Source of the DNA: Gracilinanus agilis
Lineage: Eukaryota
Assembly (NCBI RefSeq): GCF_016433145.1
Contig: NC_058136.1
Span: 41,855,852-41,919,851 of the forward strand
Length of the DNA stretch: 64,000 bases
Reading direction: 5' to 3'
This document shows positions 11,924-25,439 of this stretch, one piece after another. Position 1 is the first letter of the stretch, and each line of letters opens with the position of its first letter. The position numbers and the translations under genes were made by a program. The notes beneath the pieces are model-generated. The model saw only the letters and a program-made list of their open reading frames with translations. It did no database searches and had not been told where the DNA came from.

Positions 11924-14900
11924 CTCCTCACTCTTCCTCACCCCAAAGAGCCAATCATTTGCCAAACCTTATTTTTGTACTGTACAAGATCTTGTATCTA
12001 TCTCCCCTTCTCTCAGCTCTCTCCCTCATTCAGGCCTTCATTGGCTCAAGCCTGGACTATTACAGTGGTCTCTTAATTGGCTTTACTGTGTCCATTCTCC
12101 CCATCTCCAATCCATCTTTTTCTAAAGAAGAGATCTGATTAATTCAGTCTCCTATTCAACAAACTTCAGTGGCTTCTGATTGACTCTAAGATCAAATATT
12201 ATTGCATTTTTGTGTCATCCTTTTCATTATTTACGATATATACAGAATTATTAGTGCAGGAGTCCATATGGATAATTTGGAGCTAAGTAAGCATATATAT
12301 TAGAGATACATGCTCAAAATAGTGTCACTGATGGAGTGCATGATTGAAAAAGTTTGGGGGCTAATCTTCTAACAAAGGCAATGAACACAATTTTGTTGAG
12401 GGCCTGGTGAGACTATTTACAAACCTTGGATAATATGAAGTCTAGACTCTCTTTTCTACCCTAATTCATGTAAATAATGGCCATTGGAGTAATAACTGTG
12501 TAACTTCTAATGTTGGAGTGACTCTTCATTTCTAGAACCTGACATAGCACAGGTTTTATTGCCTGTCTTGTATTTTAAACTGAATATGCAATTATCTTCT
12601 GGTATATTGGAGCAATAGGACAATAATTGTTTGGCATTACTCCTAGTATCCATTTATCAGTTAGCACTGAGCCCAATGTACTCTGCACATCACCAAGAGT
12701 CACAATTCAGTCCAGAGCTGGCACGAAGTGTGCCCAGTCACTCAAAAGTGGCTCACGATGCCCCTTGTTAACCACACAGCTTGGACTCAGGCTCCCCCCT
12801 CCAATTCTCACTTAATAATAACTCACCGTATCTGATCTAAGGGGAAATAGGTGGGGGAGAGGTTAGGAAAGTGAACTTTCTTCCACCTGCACTCCTCTCT
12901 GCTAACTAAAGTGTAAAAAAAAAGGGGCAGTAAACTTGAGGACTCCCTCCCAGTTTTCCCCAAGGCTCTGTGAGAGGCAGGGTGGTTTCTGAAAAAGGAA
13001 TGTGATACCAGATGTTGAGGTTGCAAGAAGGCCTTCCCAACTTTTGGGCACTATTTGAGGAACACCTGACCAGTCCATAAGACTAACCTATTGTTCTCCT
13101 ATCGAATCCAAAACCATTTTGAGGCAGCTAAACCACATAGGTAAATTGCTATTTCTCAAAGAGCAATAGATCCTTAGTTGGATTTTCATCTCCTATTTAT
13201 CTTAAGGATGAATAATACAACTTGTTCTCTTTCCGCTATATGAGATATTGTCCTCATATGGAACAAAAGTTTCTTGTACACAGGGATTGTTTCATTCTTT
13301 CTACAAGCACTTGTATTCCTAGTGCTTGGCACATAGTAGGCACTTCATAATTATTTGCTTATTATTATTTGCAATTATTGACTCTGTGCTCTTTCAGGGC
13401 AGTTACTGGATTTATTCCTAGAGCCTAGTATGGCTTCACTTCACAAAACAGACAGAAAAAAGTGCTGAATTGAGGTCTCTAGTATTTCAATGCATTCTCC
13501 TTTCCTACATCTAGCCTTTTTTCTTTGCCAGCTTTGTAGGGCCTGCACCATAAAAAAATAAATTAAAAAAAAAAAAGGCATTCAGAGGACCAAATCTCCT
13601 ATCACAACAGCTTTACAAAAGGAGTAAGTAAACTCAAATCAAGCACCTGATGATAAAGGGATGGCAAAATAAGATCATATCTAGTCAATCAATTCTCTTC
13701 CTTTTCTTACTCATATCTTGGTCTAAAACTAGAATGGAAGGAAATCGTAAACATTTGGCTGCTGGTCCTGGTTTGGAAATTTTTAGGGAAAACCATTTAA
13801 ATCTCTATTTTAAAACCATGTTCAAATTGTTCTACTCTGTCTAAAGGACATAAGATCTTCCAGAAAATTTTTCAAAATAAGCATTTGCTCATGCAATTTA
13901 TAAAAGAAGGCCCAGGCAGCTGACTCACCTCACCTTGCCGCTACTGCAATCACAAGGATTCATTTGTGCACAAATTGTACATATATTCAAGATACTTAAT
14001 ATAATGAGCTTTGAAGAGCCAAATATTGAATATCCTTTTTTATAAGGAGACAAAGAAAAATGAATTTAAGTGACTTCCCTTTAAAAATCAATGCAATAGT
14101 CTTCACTCGTACTAAAAACTAGTTAATTTCCTTTTGGGTCTAAAGTCACACAATTTGAATGAGGAAATTAATAGGAACCTCTTTCCCCACCCACAAAAAA
14201 ACTCAAACAAAACAACCCATAACAAAATTGTGAGGAAAAAATGAAGATTGAAAGCATGAACAATTACTGAGAATTATAACACCAAGTTCACAAGAATATA
14301 AACTTTTGGTGTTCTTGTATCTTCTTTTTAGTAACTTCAAGTTGAAACTTAATGCCAATCTCTCCATTTTGAATTGCAAATTACTTTTCTAAATCATTTA
14401 GCATCTATCCTTGAAATTTCACATGTCAACAGCTCATTAATATCTACAGTAAATGTAGCTCTTTGAAAAGAACCACAGATTTTACAGTTATTGAGACAGA
14501 TAGCTGGCACACAGAAATAGAGCTCCTTCAATTACAATTTGGCAGAAGCTAACTTTAGTTTAAAATCTGTCTACAGGAATTTATGGCAACACAGCAATGA
14601 AGTGACTATTTTGAATAAGATTAGCTGCTGTTGATGGTGACGCTTGGACAGTGTTTATAAATCAACAGAGGTTGCACTTAGTATTTTATAATGGGCCACT
14701 TCAGAACCATCAGCCACCATTACTTATGTGGTATATTAGGATAGATGAAAACAATAGTTGGAGATTAAAAGTAATAAGTTGATCTTTACAAAGTAATGAA
14801 TGCAATACATACATGTAAATAACTTGAAGTTGATGGTTGCTCACAATAATTTCTAATGATTTTTAAGCTTCAAATTTTAATGAAAGACAGGTTAATCCAA

Positions 14901-15399
14901 ATAAGGTACATTATTCCAATCCCTTATTAGGACAAATTAGAGATATTTTCTGACTTATAAAATCATTAAAACCCATAAATTCTAGAATAAAGGCAAGCCA
15001 TGTCATTTTCTAACTGAATAGCTAAATAAACCTGATTGAAGTGATTTTTAATTTATCAATAACTTATTTTAACATTCATCCTTACTGCGGTTCTGGAATT
15101 TTGAAAACTCACCAAGTCAAGCTGACTAGGAAAAAAAATGGTGTTGGAATAAGTAAAAGAAGTGAAACTACATGCCTACCTAAATGGGTACTGTATTGTT
15201 AATCTAGTGACAACCTGGCCCACCAGTAGAGCTGCCAACTCTATGGTACATAGAGGTGATTCTTCCACAAGATTAATCCTTCAAAGAGGATTCTGTTTTT
15301 ATTTTTCTAAGAAACACTGAACATCAATAAAAGAAAATTACATTTGCTCAGTAATTATTTGTATTCCAATTAATGTCTCTGTGTATAAAGAATATCAAC

Positions 15400-16700
15400 A
15401 ATTTTTCAATATGCTCTCATCTTTGTCCAGTTAGCCTCATTCATGTTTCCTCTGATGTGATCATAGTATGTTTCGTTCTTTGGTTTTATTTTTTCCCTTG
15501 GCATTTCGTTGCCATTATTTCATTAAGATCCTCTCAATCATGCTTGTTGTACATAATTCCATTTCAGCATTCAATTCCTTTCCATGAGGGCACCACAATT
15601 TATTTAACCATTCCCGTTTTGGACCTGATAGCTAATTTCCAGTTTGAGGCGGGGGGAGATTTTTTTGGCCATTAAACGTAACACTACTATGAAAGTACTT
15701 TAAAAGCACTTTTTATGGTGGTAATTTAGGCAACACATTCAGGGCATATTACCAACAATGGAATTATTGGGTCAATGGCATGATTGGTTTGTTAACTTAT
15801 GTTAGCAGATTATTCTTCAAAATGATAGGTTTGCAATTCTACAAGAAATCAATGAGTATACTTGGTCTTCCCCAGCCCCACTAGCACTTTTTAAAATTAT
15901 TTTTTTGCTTTTGTTTTAATGCTATTAATAATTTAGGCCAATTTGATGAACATAAGATGGTACCTAAAATTGATTCAACTATCACTTTGATTATTAATTA
16001 GGTTAAGTATTTTTTCCCATGAATATGAATCATTTCTTTCCTCATTTGAAAATGTTCGGGTCCTACCTTTTGGCCATTTATCCAATGGGGACTGAAAGTT
16101 ATCATTATGAATTTTTAAATAGTTCCCTATATATTTTAGATTTCAGGTTTTTTCATCTGTCATATTGCCATTTTATTCTTTTTTTATATTTTGTTGATTG
16201 TACATAATTTTTCAAAAAAGTTTTTACTGGATGAAGATTTGTCATACAACTAATTTTTTTGTAAAGTGGATGTCTTATGTACCCATTTCATTTCACTGAT
16301 ATATTTTACTTTTGCATACATTCAGTACTACACAGTTTTGATAACCAATTTATGTTCTAAAATCTAGGAATACAAGACTCTTCTTCAACTTTGCTTGAGT
16401 ATCATCATAATATTCTTACACTCTTATTTTTCCATATAAATTTTGCTATAATTTTATCTAGTGCCATTAAGAGGTCTTTTGGTGTCTCAAATGGATTGTA
16501 CTAATAACTAAATATATAAATTATTTGGGGACTGTGAAGTCATTTTTTCCTATATTAATCTGACTCGTCTACTAACACTGAATATTCCTCTAGTTACTTA
16601 GGTCCTTCCCTTTTTTGTTCCACTGAGTGTTTTTATAACAAAATACAAAAACTATCTGCAAATCATTTTTTTCCCAAATCTGAAAAGTATTTAAGCCCTT
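15400..16700 (-). mobile_element. Old, degraded L1 ORF2 3' region
   Basis: T-rich minus-strand L1 signature (caccacaatttatttaaccattccc..., gggtcaatggcatg, ctcttatttttccatataaattttgctataatttt). Boundaries approximate. Confidence 0.6.
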
Positions 16701-19199
16701 GATAATCTTTTATTTTGTTGCTTCCATTACAAGTGCTGGAATATATTATCTAATGCTGGAAGTAATTCTGAATGTATAATTTCTAAGTTTATAGACGTTT
16801 CCCATCCTGCAGCTGGTCAAATGGTAATGTATGTGATACTACATAACAAAAAAGGAGTTCATGGAAGCAGCTTTCATGATCCAAGATTGGAGAAATTTAA
16901 ATGCATCTGAAAATTTAAAAGCAAATTCATTTAGGTAACCTAAAAACAAAATGCAGTGTACCCTTCCCACACTCTACTGTGAGCTCTCCAAATGTTCTCC
17001 AAGACTGAAAAACATCTACTAAGTGGTCGCTTGTACATGGTACACGCCTACAGGTAAATATACCTGCCTTCCTATATTAATAGGGCCCTAAGCCATCAAT
17101 AAGCCCCAAGGCAGGAAGTTTTGTTATCAAATGTCATTTGACCGAAACTAGAGATTTGAAGAAGCAAAAATGAAGAGGAAGTGAATTACAGGTGCAGGGA
17201 CAGCTCAGGCAAAGGCTCAGGGATAAAAAAAAAAAAAGAGTACTGAATTTTAGGAACAGCAATCAGGTCAGTTTGGCTAAACCACATGGTATATACAAAG
17301 AAAATAATGTACAATAGGGCCAGAAAGATAGGTTGGTTTCAGGGTTGTGAAGGCCTTTAAATGACTGAGGAGTTTGTATTTGATCCTAAAGGCAATAGAG
17401 TCACTGCAGTTTAATGAAAAGAAGAATGGCATGGTAAGATCTGTTCTTTAGGAAAAATCTTTCGGTAAGATGGATTAGAAAGGGCTAGGTGAAGCAGGAA
17501 AACCAATGAGGAGGCTATTGCAAAGGTTCAGGAAAAAGATGATCAGAGTCAGAGCTAGGGCAAAGGCTATGTGAAGGAGGCAAAATCAACAATACTTGGC
17601 AACTAAGTGATTTGAAAAGTGAAGTGGGAAGGGTCAATCAGGTTCCCTCAGCATGCTGCGGAGGGCCCTGCTGGAGATCGGAGGCCCAGCTCTGGGTCTA
17701 TGGACTGCCCCAAACTGGGATTTAGGTCCCCACTACAAGCCTGATCTGGGACTCCTGGTCTCATTCTGGGCCCACACAGATCAGGCTGCACAGCACAGAC
17801 TAACATGGGCTGGAATTCTGGACCTCATCGCAGAGTCCTCATAAGACATCATGAAAACTAAGACAAGAGCTGGGAAAAAAGAAGACAGAATTCCTGATAT
17901 GAAATGTAAATAATGCAAGCAATTCAGCCCATCGGATGACTCAGTCATTCTCTTTTGGAAAAGGAAGAGGAAGGAGAGGAAGGAGAAGAACAGGAAGAAG
18001 AGGAAAAAGAAAACTGAGAAGTGCTAACTTCTCTCTGATCGTTATCATGATTCTAGTCACCCTCAAGAAATGGTCTTATTATAGTACTTCTTTTATTTTT
18101 TCTCCCATTATAAAACTTTAAAGGTCACTTTCTGTTAATGTAGCATTTTAATCAGTCACTTGTATTCAGATGTTTGCTGAATGGTTTTCAAATTCTTCAA
18201 TTATAAAACCTCACAGAATTTTCTATATGATAGGATCTCAGTGGCCATCTAGTATAACCCATACATGAAAGAAACCATCACCAGAACATATCTGAGAAGT
18301 GGTGACTGAGCTTCTCCTTGAAGAATAACCCCTCTTCTTTTGAGTCATTTTACCTTTGGACAGCTTTTATTGTTTAGATTTTAGATTTTGATTCCTCGTC
18401 ACATAAAACTCAAATTTTGAAGAAAAAAAGTGAGGTGAGAAAGAGTGAAGAGGAGATGGTGATTTTAAGGTTGAGAACCCAGGTGAAAGATGGTGAAACC
18501 CTTGACAGAAACAGAGTAGTTAAGAAGGGTGACAACTAACATCATTCCAGCTCTGAAAGCCTATGCCTTTTTTCCCCTGCTTCCTACAAATGTAATCAGA
18601 TTCAACTTTAAGAAGGAACCATGCAGGAGCAATAACTAAGGCCTTTCCACCTTCCCTTCACTTTCTATTTAGGCAAACTAACTGCTGACAGTGCTGGGAA
18701 TGATCCCTGATTCCAATTAAGCAGAAAGGTCAACCAGATAAAGTCAAGATTTGGCCTTCAACCTTGGCCCAAAGTCTCTCTGGGGAGACACAGGCAGTCA
18801 GGGCATTCTGTGACCAGTAGGAAAGTCCCCTCCTCTCTCTTCTAGGGAACATGGTTTCATTCAGAGTCAGCCATTGTCCAAATTGTTCATATTGGAGCCC
18901 TGGGTACTGGTAGGATTTAAGTGCATGAGGAAGGGAAGGGATTCCTGGATTTCTGTCTTTGTATCCCCAGTGGGAAGCACAGCGCCTGGCATATCATATG
19001 CTCAGGAAGTGACTGGTGAATTGAATTGAATCCAGAGGGGGCAATCAGGATGGTGAAAAGTCTTCCGATCATGCCATATGAGGATTGAATGAGGATTAAC
19101 CTTGAGAACAGAGAGATTTTGGTTAAGTAGCTTGACAGGCTTTTACTTGGGAGAATGGATTTGTTCTGCCTAACCCCAGTAGCCACAACTGGAAGCAAT

Positions 19200-19830
19200 A
19201 TAGGGAAGTGGCAAAGACACAAATTTAAACTTGATGTGAGACAAACTTCCTAACAATCAGTTACACAAAACTGGATTGAATTGCCTTAAGATGTAGTGGA
19301 TTCTCTCTCACTAGACATCTTTAAGCTAAGACTCAATGTCCACTTTCAGCTCTGTTACAGAGGGAGATCACTGTTCTTATATAAGTCCAAATAGATGGCC
19401 ACTTAGGTCCCAACCAAATTCTAGGATTTTTTCAACAGTGTAATAACATCCCCCAAAAGCTTATAGAATCAAGCTACTCTAAGATGGGAAGCGTCCAAAA
19501 ACTGGGAGATAATGGTCCCAATATACTACATTCTAGTCAGATCACATCTGAGATATTTCATTCAGTTCTAGACACCACATTTTAGGAATAACATTGATAA
19601 GCCAAAAAAGACACAGAGGAGGACAAACAAGGACTAGTGAAGGCCCTAGAGTTCATATCATATGAAGATAAACTGAAGAAATTAGAGCTGTTTTTAGACT
19701 GAGGAGAATATCTGGGATTGGGAAGAGCATGGGTAGTGCCTGAGAACAGTCTTATTAGAAGGCCTACTAGATAAAAGAAGAATTAAATTTATTCTGCTTA
19801 GTCCCAGAAGGCAGAACCTAGAATTACTTC
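19200..19830 (+). mobile_element. L3/CR1 LINE remnants
   Basis: Degenerate LVRPHLEYCIQFW..HFRKDIDKLE..QRR..YEERLKELGLFSLE coding stretch (19500-19710) and CR1 3'-type sequence. Boundaries approximate. Confidence 0.7.
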
Positions 19831-20496
19831 AATGCAAATACGAGGCAATGTGCTAGCCATTGGGGATACCAAGACCAAAACAAACAAGGAACTGATATTC
19901 TTTTGAAGGGATTTGAGTGTATGAAAATAAGTATGTTAGAAGGAAAGCCAAGGAGGGAAAGAACAGCAACAACTGGAAGAATCAGAAGGCATCAAGAGGG
20001 TAGAAGCACTTGAAATAAAACTTAAAGGAAGACAAGGATTCTGGGAGGCCACTGAGATGTACAAGAGCTGTATCATAGACAGAAGAGACAATATCCCAGC
20101 TAAAGGCACAGGCTGGATATCAGTTCAGGAATTTAGTAGGTCCATAAACAGTATGAAATAAGACTAGAAAGATTTGCTCAAGATACATTATGAAGGACCT
20201 TTCACACCAGACTAAGGAGTGCATGGTTGATCCTGCAGGCGCTAGAGAGCGATAGAAGATCCTTGAAATGAGTCAGGCCTGCATTTGAGGAAGCTGATTT
20301 TGGAAGTCACGGTGGAGGATGAATTGGAAAAGAGAGAGACAACAATCTATGTTAACCAATCAGGAGGTCATTATAGCAGGTGAGAGGAGATTCCTCAATG
20401 TTGGTGGTGGTCCTTTGAAAGGAAAGAAAGCAACAACCTAGAGACATCAGAAATGTTGCAAAGACAGAATTAACAATATTTGGCAACTGATTAGAG

Positions 20497-20662
20497 TAGG
20501 GGTTGGCAACATATGGCTCTTTCTGCAGGAGGCATAAAGTCCATTTTTTTCCAGGCACTGTTACAGGAGCCTCACTGTGAGCACTGGACGGCTCTCATGA
20601 AATTACATTTTTAAAAATGTGGCGTTTATGGCTCTCACGGCCAAAAAGGTTGCTGATCCCTG
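20497..20662. mobile_element. hAT MITE family 1, copy C (internal deletion)
   Basis: TIRs TAGGGGTTGGCAAC / GTTGCTGATCCCTG. Exact TSD GATTAGAG. Lacks the internal hairpin. Confidence 0.9.
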
Positions 20663-21543
20663 GATTAGAGATAAGGTGAGGAGGATCCATAAACCCACAT
20701 ACTCAATTAATCAGAAAAGAACCCAAAGATATACCCTACAGCTTAGAGCTCTATTTAGAAAAGACACTCCTGACTTCCGGTTAAGATGGCGGCAAGTAAG
20801 GAGCAGTTGCTGGATCTCTCCTGACCGAAGCATACAGAACTCCTCAAGGGGAAATAAAAACAAGTCCAGAAGAACGAAGGAACCCCACAACAGGGCGCAG
20901 CATTGAAGGTACGCAGAATCGGGGCATTTCCACTCTATAAAGGGGTGAAACAGCTCTCACTAAAATGCGAGAGGAAGAAGCCCCTCCCCCACACCCCACA
21001 CCGCACACCTCGCACAACGCACAAGAGTGAAAACAGGACTGGGGCAACCAGATAATCACTGGCAGCCCCAGGGCTTGTACCTGTGTGCTGCAAGAAGAGG
21101 GACCCCAGGTGGCTGAGGGCACATCCACGTGGGTGAAGGCACCGCCTCCAGCTGGGACAAAAGCCTCTAAAATGCGGCCTTTCCCAAGTGCTGAAGGCAT
21201 TACCTCAGGTGCGAATAAAGATCTCCAGCCCACAGACTTTCACTACCTTCTGCAGGGGTGAAGGCAGGGCCCTAAGAGCATCTGCGCAGGCAAAGGCAGT
21301 GCCCTAGGCTTGAATAACTATCTCCAGCCCAGGCTTGGACCTCCAGTGAGGACCCAGTGCAGACCTCAGCTCCGCAGTGGAAGCAGCCCCAAAGACTGCT
21401 GAAAGAACCTCCAGCAGAGGGGCAGACCGGGAACTACCAGGAGGCCTGACCCCGAGGACAAGGAGACCGGAGCCCCCGGGAGCTTGCAAGGCGCAGGCAG
21501 ACCCTGAGTGCAAAGACAAAGCGGAAAAGGGGCGAGGCTAACA

Positions 21544-21879
21544 ATGGCCAGCAATAAGGAAGCCCAGAAGAAAAAGACTATCAAGAGAAACTCTGGAACA
21601 CTCGACAACTTCTACACAGAGAAAATCCAGACAACAGAGGAGGGAAAACAAAAATCCAAACCTCCCCCAAAAAATGAAAGCTGGTCACAAGCTATGGAAA
21701 AGTTTAAAAAAGAAATACTGAGGAAGATGGAAGAAATCTGGCAAGAAAATAACAGTTTAAAAGGCAGAATTTCACAATTGGAAAGTGAGACAAGTCAACT
21801 GAAGACCAAAAATGACCAGATTGAAAAGGAAAACCAAAAAAATTATAGCCGAAAACCAAAACATTAAAGCCGAAAACCA
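21544..21879 (+). CDS. L1 ORF1p N-terminal / coiled-coil part (frameshifted, truncated by gap)
   Basis: MASNKEAQKKK...MEKFKKEILRKMEEIWQENNSLKGRISQLE, heptad-like. A 7-A run at 21836-21842 shifts the frame before the AENQNIK repeats. Confidence 0.8.
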
Positions 21880-22274
21880 NNNNNNNNNNNNNNNNNNNNN
21901 NNNNNNNNNNNNNNNNNNNNNNNNNNNNNNNNNNNNNNNNNNNNNNNNNNNNNNNNNNNNNNNNNNNNNNNNNNNNNNNNNNNNNNNNNNNNNNNNNNNN
22001 NNNNNNNNNNNNNNNNNNNNNNNNNNNNNNNNNNNNNNNNNNNNNNNNNNNNNNNNNNNNNNNNNNNNNNNNNNNNNNNNNNNNNNNNNNNNNNNNNNNN
22101 NNNNNNNNNNNNNNNNNNNNNNNNNNNNNNNNNNNNNNNNNNNNNNNNNNNNNNNNNNNNNNNNNNNNNNNNNNNNNNNNNNNNNNNNNNNNNNNNNNNN
22201 NNNNNNNNNNNNNNNNNNNNNNNNNNNNNNNNNNNNNNNNNNNNNNNNNNNNNNNNNNNNNNNNNNNNNNNNNN
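21880..22274. other. Assembly gap (395 N) inside the L1
   Basis: Run of N. Confidence 0.99.
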
Positions 22275-22731
22275 TAAAATGAAAGAAGGGGAGAGTAATG
22301 AATGTTGGAGGGGATGTGGCAAAATCGGGACATTGATGCATTGCTGGTGGAGTTGTGAAATGATCCGGCCATTCTGGATGGCAATTTGGAACTATGCCCA
22401 AAGGACTATAAAAGACTGCCTGCCCTTTGATCCAGCCATACCATTGCTGGGTTTGTACCCCAAAGAGATCATAGATAAACAGACTTGTACTAAAATATTT
22501 ATAGCTGCGCTTTTTGTAGTGGCAAAAAACTGGAAAATGAGGGGATATCCTTCAATTGGGGAATGGCTGAACAAATTGTGGTATATGCGGGTGATGGAAT
22601 ACTATTGCGCTAAAAGGAATAATAAACTGGAGGAATTCCATGCAAATTGGAGAGACCTCCAGGAAGTGATGCAGAGTGAAAGGAGCAGAGCCAGAAGAAC
22701 GTTGTACACAGAGACTGATATACTTTGGTAA
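22275..22731 (+). CDS. L1 ORF2p C-terminal cysteine-rich region
   Basis: CWRGCGKIGTLMHCWWSC zinc-knuckle-like motif, then PFDPAIPLLGLYP and LWYMRVMEYY. Open to TAA at 22729-22731. Confidence 0.92.
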
Positions 22732-23838
22732 AATTAAATGTAATGGGCTCCTGTACCAGCAGCACTGCAATGACACAAGACAGCTCTGAGGGATTTATGG
22801 TAAAGATGCTACCCACATTCAGAGGAAGGACTGCAGGAGAGGAAACATATAAGATAAACAATTGCTTGAATGCATGGGCTGAGGCGGACATGAATGGGAA
22901 ATAGACCCTGAACAAGGACACATGTTACAACCAGCGGAAATGTGCGTTGGCCATGGGTGGGGGGAGAGCAGGGGGTGAAGGGGAAAGTAGGGGCATAAAG
23001 TATGTAAACAGGTTAAAAACAAATATTAATAAATGTCTAATAAAAAAAAAAAAAGAAAAGACACTCCTGAGGACTGGAAGGAGCCTAAGAATGAAAATAA
23101 TCACATAATAAGCCACAATAATAACCCAAATGAACTAAGATGACTGTCATCTCCAAACCAAACTATGGTACCATAGTTCTAAATACCTAAACTCAAAAGC
23201 TACAGATCTAAAACTTTCCCACCAAAAGGAAAAGGAAGTTTCATCAGTTTCAAAGACCTGGCCTAGACTTTTAAATGTATGTTCCTCATATAGGTCCTCT
23301 AGTCCTTACCTCAAGCATTTCTTGACTTTCAGACAGCCAGAAAATCCCAATGGTTAAATAAAAGATTAATGTGAATTGCAAGGTAAAACTGGAAAAGGTA
23401 AAATATAAACCAGTAACAGATCACCTACTTCTGTACACAACGAAAAGTATAATGTATACTAGTATAAGTAGCTGATTTGCCTTGCCACAAGGAATGATTT
23501 TACCAGAAGCTTCCTATTGCTTTCAGAATCAAATAACAAATGCACATTTTGACATTCAAAGCTCTTCATAACTTAGCCCCTCCCTATCTTTCCAGTATTC
23601 TTACTCCTTATTCCCCAAAGCATACTCTGAGTGACACTGGCCTCCTCCCTCTTTTATAAACAAGATACTATTGCTTGGCTCTGGATATTTTCTCCAGCTT
23701 CCCCTCCATACCTGGAATATTCTCTCTCAGTTCTGACTACTTACTTCACTGGACTCCTTTATCTTCCAACTAAAATCCCATCTTTTATAAGAAGCCTTTC
23801 CCTATCCCTCCTAATTCTAATGCCTTATTTTTGTCAAT

Positions 23839-23989
23839 NNNNNNNNNNNNNNNNNNNNNNNNNNNNNNNNNNNNNNNNNNNNNNNNNNNNNNNNNNNNNN
23901 NNNNNNNNNNNNNNNNNNNNNNNNNNNNNNNNNNNNNNNNNNNNNNNNNNNNNNNNNNNNNNNNNNNNNNNNNNNNNNNNNNNNNNNNN
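23839..23989. other. Assembly gap (151 N) within an L2 remnant
   Basis: Run of N. Confidence 0.99.
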
Positions 23990-25134
23990 TTTGTTTTCAT
24001 GTTGTCTCCTCCATTAAACTGTAAACTTCTTGAGGACAGAGACTGCCTTTTGCCTTGTTTTGTGTCTGGCACATAGTAGCTGCTTAATAAATGTTTATTG
24101 ATTAATACTTAACAATTTTATTTATGCATGGGAGTTGAATCATGGGGATTTAGTCAGTAAATTATTCCCCAAGGGAATCAACTCCTCCCTCCTCTCCAAA
24201 CTATGTATATATCCTATATATGTATGCCCTTAGTGATTCCTCCCAATAATTCTGTGAGGAGAAATGACATGGTGACATGCCGGGACCTGTGTTTAAGAAA
24301 AATCACTTAGTGGTTGGCTGGAGAATGGACTGTAACAGGAAGAGACTTAAGGCAAGCCAATTCACCAGCAGGTGACAATAGTCTAGGTGTAAAGTGCTAG
24401 AGAAGAGGTGGCATATTGGAGAGATGGCGCAAAGAGGCCTTGGCAATCAGACTGGATATGGAGGATGAGAGATAGTAAGGAAATCTAGGGTGACTTCCTA
24501 GGTTGTGAAACTAGGAGACCAGGAGGATGATATTATTGTCTACAGTAGTGGGAGGCACAGCAAGGTTCAGAGGGAAAGATGATGAGTTCTGTTTTGGTCA
24601 TGTTGAGTTTAAGATGTCTACTGGACATCCAGTTTGAGAGCTCTATTAGGCAATTTAATCCAAGGGAGTTTATGAAATTACCAAGTGAAATATTTGGGTT
24701 TGGGGTAGAGTGTTGTACCTGAAGTCAGCAAAGACCTAGGTTCAAATTCTGTGTTTATCACTTATTAACTGTGTGACCACAGGCAAGTAATGTCCTCACT
24801 AAGCCTTAGTCTCTTTGTCTATAGAATGAGAACAATATCACCTTCACAAGGCTGTGAGCCTCAAATGAGAAAATGTATGTAAACTCTAAATGCATGGCAA
24901 ACTCTAAAATTCTCCATAAATACTAGGTATTATTCTACAGAAAGCTGTGATATTTTGATATATACATATATGTATTACACATGTATGTTTTACATGCATG
25001 CATATGTGTATATGCCTCAAGTTTTAATGGAGACCATCCATTATAATTCTTCCACAACTATAAAAGTTTAAATTCCTATTTATCGTGCATATAAATATTT
25101 AACAAGCATAAAGGGTTGCAGCTGATAGACTTAC

Positions 25135-25201
25135 GAATCAACGTGTAGAACACTCTGGCCACTCCTTGAGCAAGCAGCTGCAACGATGGACTCTGGCAAA
25201 C
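25135..25201 (-). CDS. CHM: CHM coding exon 2
   Basis: ttttag| acceptor and |gtaagt donor. 67 nt, as in human c.50-116. Encodes (G)[21 protein letters not shown](S), in frame with exon 1. Confidence 0.97.
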
Positions 25202-25439
25202 CTAAAAAATACACAAATATCTTTTAGAAGGTAGAGAATACAAAATGTTTATATCAGCATTGTGTATAGCGGCCAGTTTAACCAAAAAAAAAGGTTTCGC
25301 CTTTTTTATAGCAGTATTAGACTTTAGAGGTAACTTATGGTCTTGAAAAACAACGCATTATGTGAGTCAAGTATTAAGGGGAAAAATAATGATTATTGAT
25401 TCAATTTTAGCTATGTCAGCTCAGTTTAACAAATGTCAT

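Larger units (their letters stand above)
20774..23053 (+). mobile_element. Young L1 with intact 5' and 3' ends, interior in an assembly gap
   Basis: 5' end (GA)CTTCCGGTTAAGATGGCGG, CpG-rich 5' UTR, ORF1 start, ORF2 C-terminus, AATAAA (23028-23033) and poly(A). 17-bp TSD AGAAAAGACACTCCTGA at 20757-20773 and 23054-23070. Confidence 0.93.
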
